A stretch of 62,848 bases of DNA, filler included, from Globobulimina sp. (lineage: Eukaryota): NCBI GenBank assembly GCA_003354225.1. It is 23 parts of 23 records of this genome, joined end to end, with 100 filler letters (N's around TTAATTAATTAA, not from the genome) between each part and the next. Parts side by side here need not be neighbours in the genome. Positions count along the whole stretch, not along the records: positions 57,479 to 60,113 come from PIVH01005598.1; positions 60,214 to 62,848 come from PIVH01005599.1; 21 more parts are not named here. The stretch is one strand, 5' to 3'. Of the stretch, positions 59,366-62,848 are shown one piece after another (position 1 is the first letter of the stretch; every line of letters starts with the position of its first letter). The notes below the pieces were generated by a model that was given only the letters and a program-made list of their open reading frames with translations, was not told the origin of the DNA and ran no database searches. The position numbers and the translations under genes are program-made.

Positions 59366-59722
59366 ATCAAATATAGCACATAAATAATGAATGTAGTCGT
59401 ACATAATAGTAATTTTATCACATAAATAATATATATATATTGACTAGATCCAGAAAATTAAAATTTATTCAGTGAGCTGTTTTGATTCAGTGAGCTGTTG
59501 GAATGTGATAATTAGTGTTTTTTTTTCAATGAAAAATGATGGAAAATAGTTTTCTTTTTCCATTGTATATTGAAAAATTTCGTGTTGTTTGTATGTTTTG
59601 AATTTTTAAATGAAATAAAGAAGGCTTCTTATGTCAAACTGAATTAACTGTCCCATCGAGGCAGGCAAAAAAGTTTATGTAAAGATGTTCGTTACTACAA
59701 TAGTTTTCTAAACTCAGTCACC

Positions 59723-60113
59723 ATGCCAGCTAGAAGAAGATCCAAAAGATGTCGGAAAAGAAAGCTATCATTTGACCACGACACAACCATCCAACCACGC
59801 CCAAAAAAAAGAAAACTCTCTTCACACAACAAACGCACCAAAAACAACACCAAAACACAACCTAAACCTGACGACAAAAGTCACTCCACATCACCAACAA
59901 AAATCTCGAAACACGCAACAAACCCATTTAAAAACATAAACATACCCACTGTCAAAATATTCAATCAATCAAACAAACCAAAACCAACCCGACGACATTC
60001 ACAATATACTCGCATACAAAACAAAGATGAGGTCGAAGATGAAGAAGACGACGACGACTCAACCTCACCAGAATCCACCTCACCATACTACAAAATGCAT
60101 AGAATCCCTTTAA
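59723..60113 (+). CDS. Basic, disordered N-terminus of a probable nuclear protein (3' partial)
   Basis: ATG 59723; RRRSKRCRKRK and PRPKKRK NLS-like clusters, then an acidic stretch. Confidence 0.55.
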
Positions 60114-62230
60114 NNNNNNNNNNNNNNNNNNNNNNNNNNNNNNNNNNNNNNNNNNNNTTAATTAATTAANNNNNNNNNNNNNNNNNNNNNNNNNNNNNNN
60201 NNNNNNNNNNNNNAAAAAAATGTGTGCTGTGCAAAGATAATTTATAATCAAAATAAATTATTATTTTGATACAAATCAGAAGTATTTTTCTGGTGTTTAA
60301 AGTGTGTCAATAATCATTAAAATCATACTTTGCGCTCCTTACTCATCACAAAAAAAATGGTGTTTTCAGACAAAAACGGAAACTAAACTTTGTAGGTAAT
60401 ACAGGTTTAATTGCAATTGGATGGCTTGACATTAATCTGCTTATTCCATTCTGTATAGTATCAATTACATGAATTAAATAATGAGATTGCATTAAAATAT
60501 TTAAAACCATTTTATTTATAAACAAAAAAATGAGATCAGATATTGGGTGCTGACAGCTATCATCCAACAACGATAAACCAAACAAGGACAGGTTTAATTT
60601 ATGGTAAACAGATTATCATCACAGAATAAGCAGACACATAATATAATATAATGAAACTTACTTTTTTCTTGTCTTGAAATCCAATCCAAATCTATTTGTT
60701 GACTCAGTCTGTATATAAATGTAATATTAACTATGCATTAGTCATCAAAGTAAAATAAAAATAGAATATAGTTTATAAATTGTGATTTTATCAGTTTTGT
60801 ATTTGTGTAATCAGCACAATGAATAAGCTCCGAGAGTTTCAGTGTAATGGGCTGCTAAGCCTTCGATCTCGACCATGTTCATTGGGATTGATCTCATATT
60901 ACTTCACGATTAAAGCAACTACAATAAATAGACGGAGCGCAGCAGGCAGTCATCACAGAAAAGAAAAGCATTTAATACACAATTTAGCATACCATCAATA
61001 TCCAATCACCATCTTACCTATGCTGATATAAATAAATAATGTTCCAAATTTCTATCAGAAGGTAGCCAAAAAAGCTGTAAAAAGCATTTCATGATTGGAA
61101 TCAGAACAACTTCTCTCATCACAAAAAATGAGCATGTGGATAACTAAATACTTTGCGCATGATATATTTTGTGGAGTTAGTGGAAGAGGAGGATGTAAGG
61201 TGTTGGGGTTTTTTGTGATGTTTTTTGTGCAAATATGATTAGCAACCAGAAGATGGATATCGACAACAGTTACTAGTTTATATAGTCCTCAGATGCACAA
61301 AAACGAATAATAATTATCATTTTCATCCATCAGAAGTACGACATCATTTTCACGACATTTTGTTTAATCGAATGGATTTTACAGTATTGGAATCAGGAAG
61401 TATATTTTCATGAAAGCGTTTCAGATTGGCATTAACTTGAAACAGCCGGAAAATTATTTGAAACAAGAATACGTCTGATATCGATGCAAGACACAATCCG
61501 AGATAAATAAGACTAAAAGAATGAATTGTACATTGTTTTGGTGGTTTGGAAATGATGTTAATTAATACACAAAAAAAAAAGTGAACAGATCTAAAGCAAT
61601 TAAGGCGATTATAGAGCATGAGCAGTGACTTGATTTAACTTTGTATCATGCACATGAAACAATATTCATGGGACAAATGCAGTGATTGAATATTAAACAG
61701 AAACAATAATAATCTGAAACAAAAAAAAGTATAGGAAAGAGTAAGCCTCGTACAGTTTGGAATAAATAAATTCATTCCTATTTGCGTTACTGTGATATGA
61801 TGCGTGTTATTCCATAACAAGTGAAATAACCTTAACATACGGTGCATAGATTCCGCAGAGACTCCGCTTTGCAGCATCTTGATCATTGTAAACCTATCCA
61901 CCGTATGTGACCGCCTTTCGACGCGACACTTTCTGCCGATAAACATCCGAGGACTTTCCTCCCAAATACCTACACATTTAATAACATGCACATATCTGGG
62001 TTGCAAATCTTATCCTATACTTGCCACAGTACACCACTACAAACTCATAAATAAACAAACAAAGTTCAAAGCATTAATTTTGAATTATGGGACAAACATT
62101 TGCAACTCATCAAATATATAATTAATAATGAGACATTAATTGTATATTATTTTTAAATTATCATACGCTTTACACACAAAACAAAACACATTCATACAAC
62201 ACTAAACAAAACAACACACATTTCGAGCGG

Positions 62231-62848
62231 TTAAAGTATCATTGCTTTATTACCCGAAATATCACTGGTGACAACCATTACATCTTCAGCAGCAATTTCC
62301 AATGTAACGTCATCATTTCCCGTATGAGACTTAATCCGTTCCAACTTAACCATCTTTGGCACATCGTTTTTACTATCAATTGCAAGTGTTTTTACATCTG
62401 TTTCTTTTTTATGTTCATCTTTTTTATGTTGATTATCTATTTTGGCTATGATTACATTTGTGCATATCTCAGTACATCGACACAAAACCTTATAATATTC
62501 ATTATAAACTGTGCTCATCAACATGATAGAAATGACATTAACCACCACATCGAAGCAAATAATCACTCCGTAACTCTTAAATATCTGAATGGTTAATACC
62601 AATGTTGTCGTAGATACGGCGATAAATGTTAAAACTGTATACTTTGTGATTGTGCTGACAAATATTGTTAAATTATCCAATTTATCACAATGTGACACCA
62701 GTTTATATAAAGGAGCGATAAATAAATATAAACACAATAAAGAAATAAATGAATCAAATATTGGCGTAGCTATACAACCCCACAAAGGCACAAATTGTTG
62801 GCACCACCAAATCTGATAATAACTGTCATATCGCACTTCTCCTAAACT
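62231..62848 (-). CDS. Multi-pass (7TM/GPCR-like) membrane protein C-terminus (5' partial)
   Basis: Three TM helices (DSFISLLCLYLFIAPL, KYTVLTFIAVSTT, DVVVNVISIMLM), then YYKVLCRC and a polar tail. Confidence 0.6.
   Translation of the reverse strand, partial: SLGEVRYDSYYQIWWCQQFVPLWGCIATPIFDSFISLLCLYLFIAPLYKLVSHCDKLDNLTIFVSTITKYTVLTFIAVSTTTLVLTIQIFKSYGVIICFDVVVNVISIMLMSTVYNEYYKVLCRCTEICTNVIIAKIDNQHKKDEHKKETDVKTLAIDSKNDVPKMVKLERIKSHTGNDDVTLEIAAEDVMVVTSDISGNKAMIL

Noticed and set aside
2640..60213. Regularly spaced TTAATTAATTAA palindromes suggesting a repeat array, CRISPR or nanochromosome ends
   Set aside because: Each is embedded in N44 padding and gives six-frame stops; they are artificial linkers. 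Uniform contig size reflects length sorting.
60214..62200. Fragmentary ORFs that could be a decayed transposon
   Set aside because: No recognisable catalytic motif or terminal repeat.
1..62848. Alternative genetic code (stop-codon reassignment)
   Set aside because: Conserved genes are open in the standard code and end at TAA or TGA; apparent breaks are explained by GT-AG introns.

Overview
This window is not one locus. It is 23 unrelated contigs of about 2,635-2,639 bp, sorted by length and joined by artificial 100-bp spacers (N44-TTAATTAATTAA-N44), so gene order across spacers means nothing. Most contigs come from a compact, AT-rich eukaryote using the standard code, with short (about 60-110 nt) GT-AG introns and Asn/Lys-rich proteins. 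A foraminiferan-like rhizarian is my best guess, but that is inference. Recognisable genes: HYOU1-like Hsp70 (internally deleted), FabV/TER enoyl reductase with a presequence, CYP86-clan P450, Nudix, K2P channel, INTS9, sarcosine dehydrogenase, GNAT, SOS1/SLC9C-type exchanger, inositol 5-phosphatase, SAPS, U2SURP, MFSD6-like, PRMT5, TDP2-like, BTB-BACK and DUF1015. Mobile elements: two divergent Penelope-like RTs and a DIRS/Ngaro remnant. Three contigs carry abrupt bacterial segments (GT39/ArnT, IS3 orfA, PNPOx-like), probably amplification or assembly chimeras. Most notable: (i) an ADP-ribosyltransferase-like family with an H-S-E motif set plus a degenerate paralog; (ii) bacterial-type FabV/TER and DUF1015 genes with added N-terminal extensions in eukaryotic context; (iii) a contig with exact 119-bp terminal repeats (circular or tandem) encoding a PHTF/7TM-ion-channel-like protein; (iv) a tRNA(GCA)-like gene with a 120-nt insert containing a Pol III terminator-like T-run; (v) an atypical Penelope-like lineage with a half-hammerhead motif at its 5' junction; (vi) an orphan intronless Upf1-like helicase.
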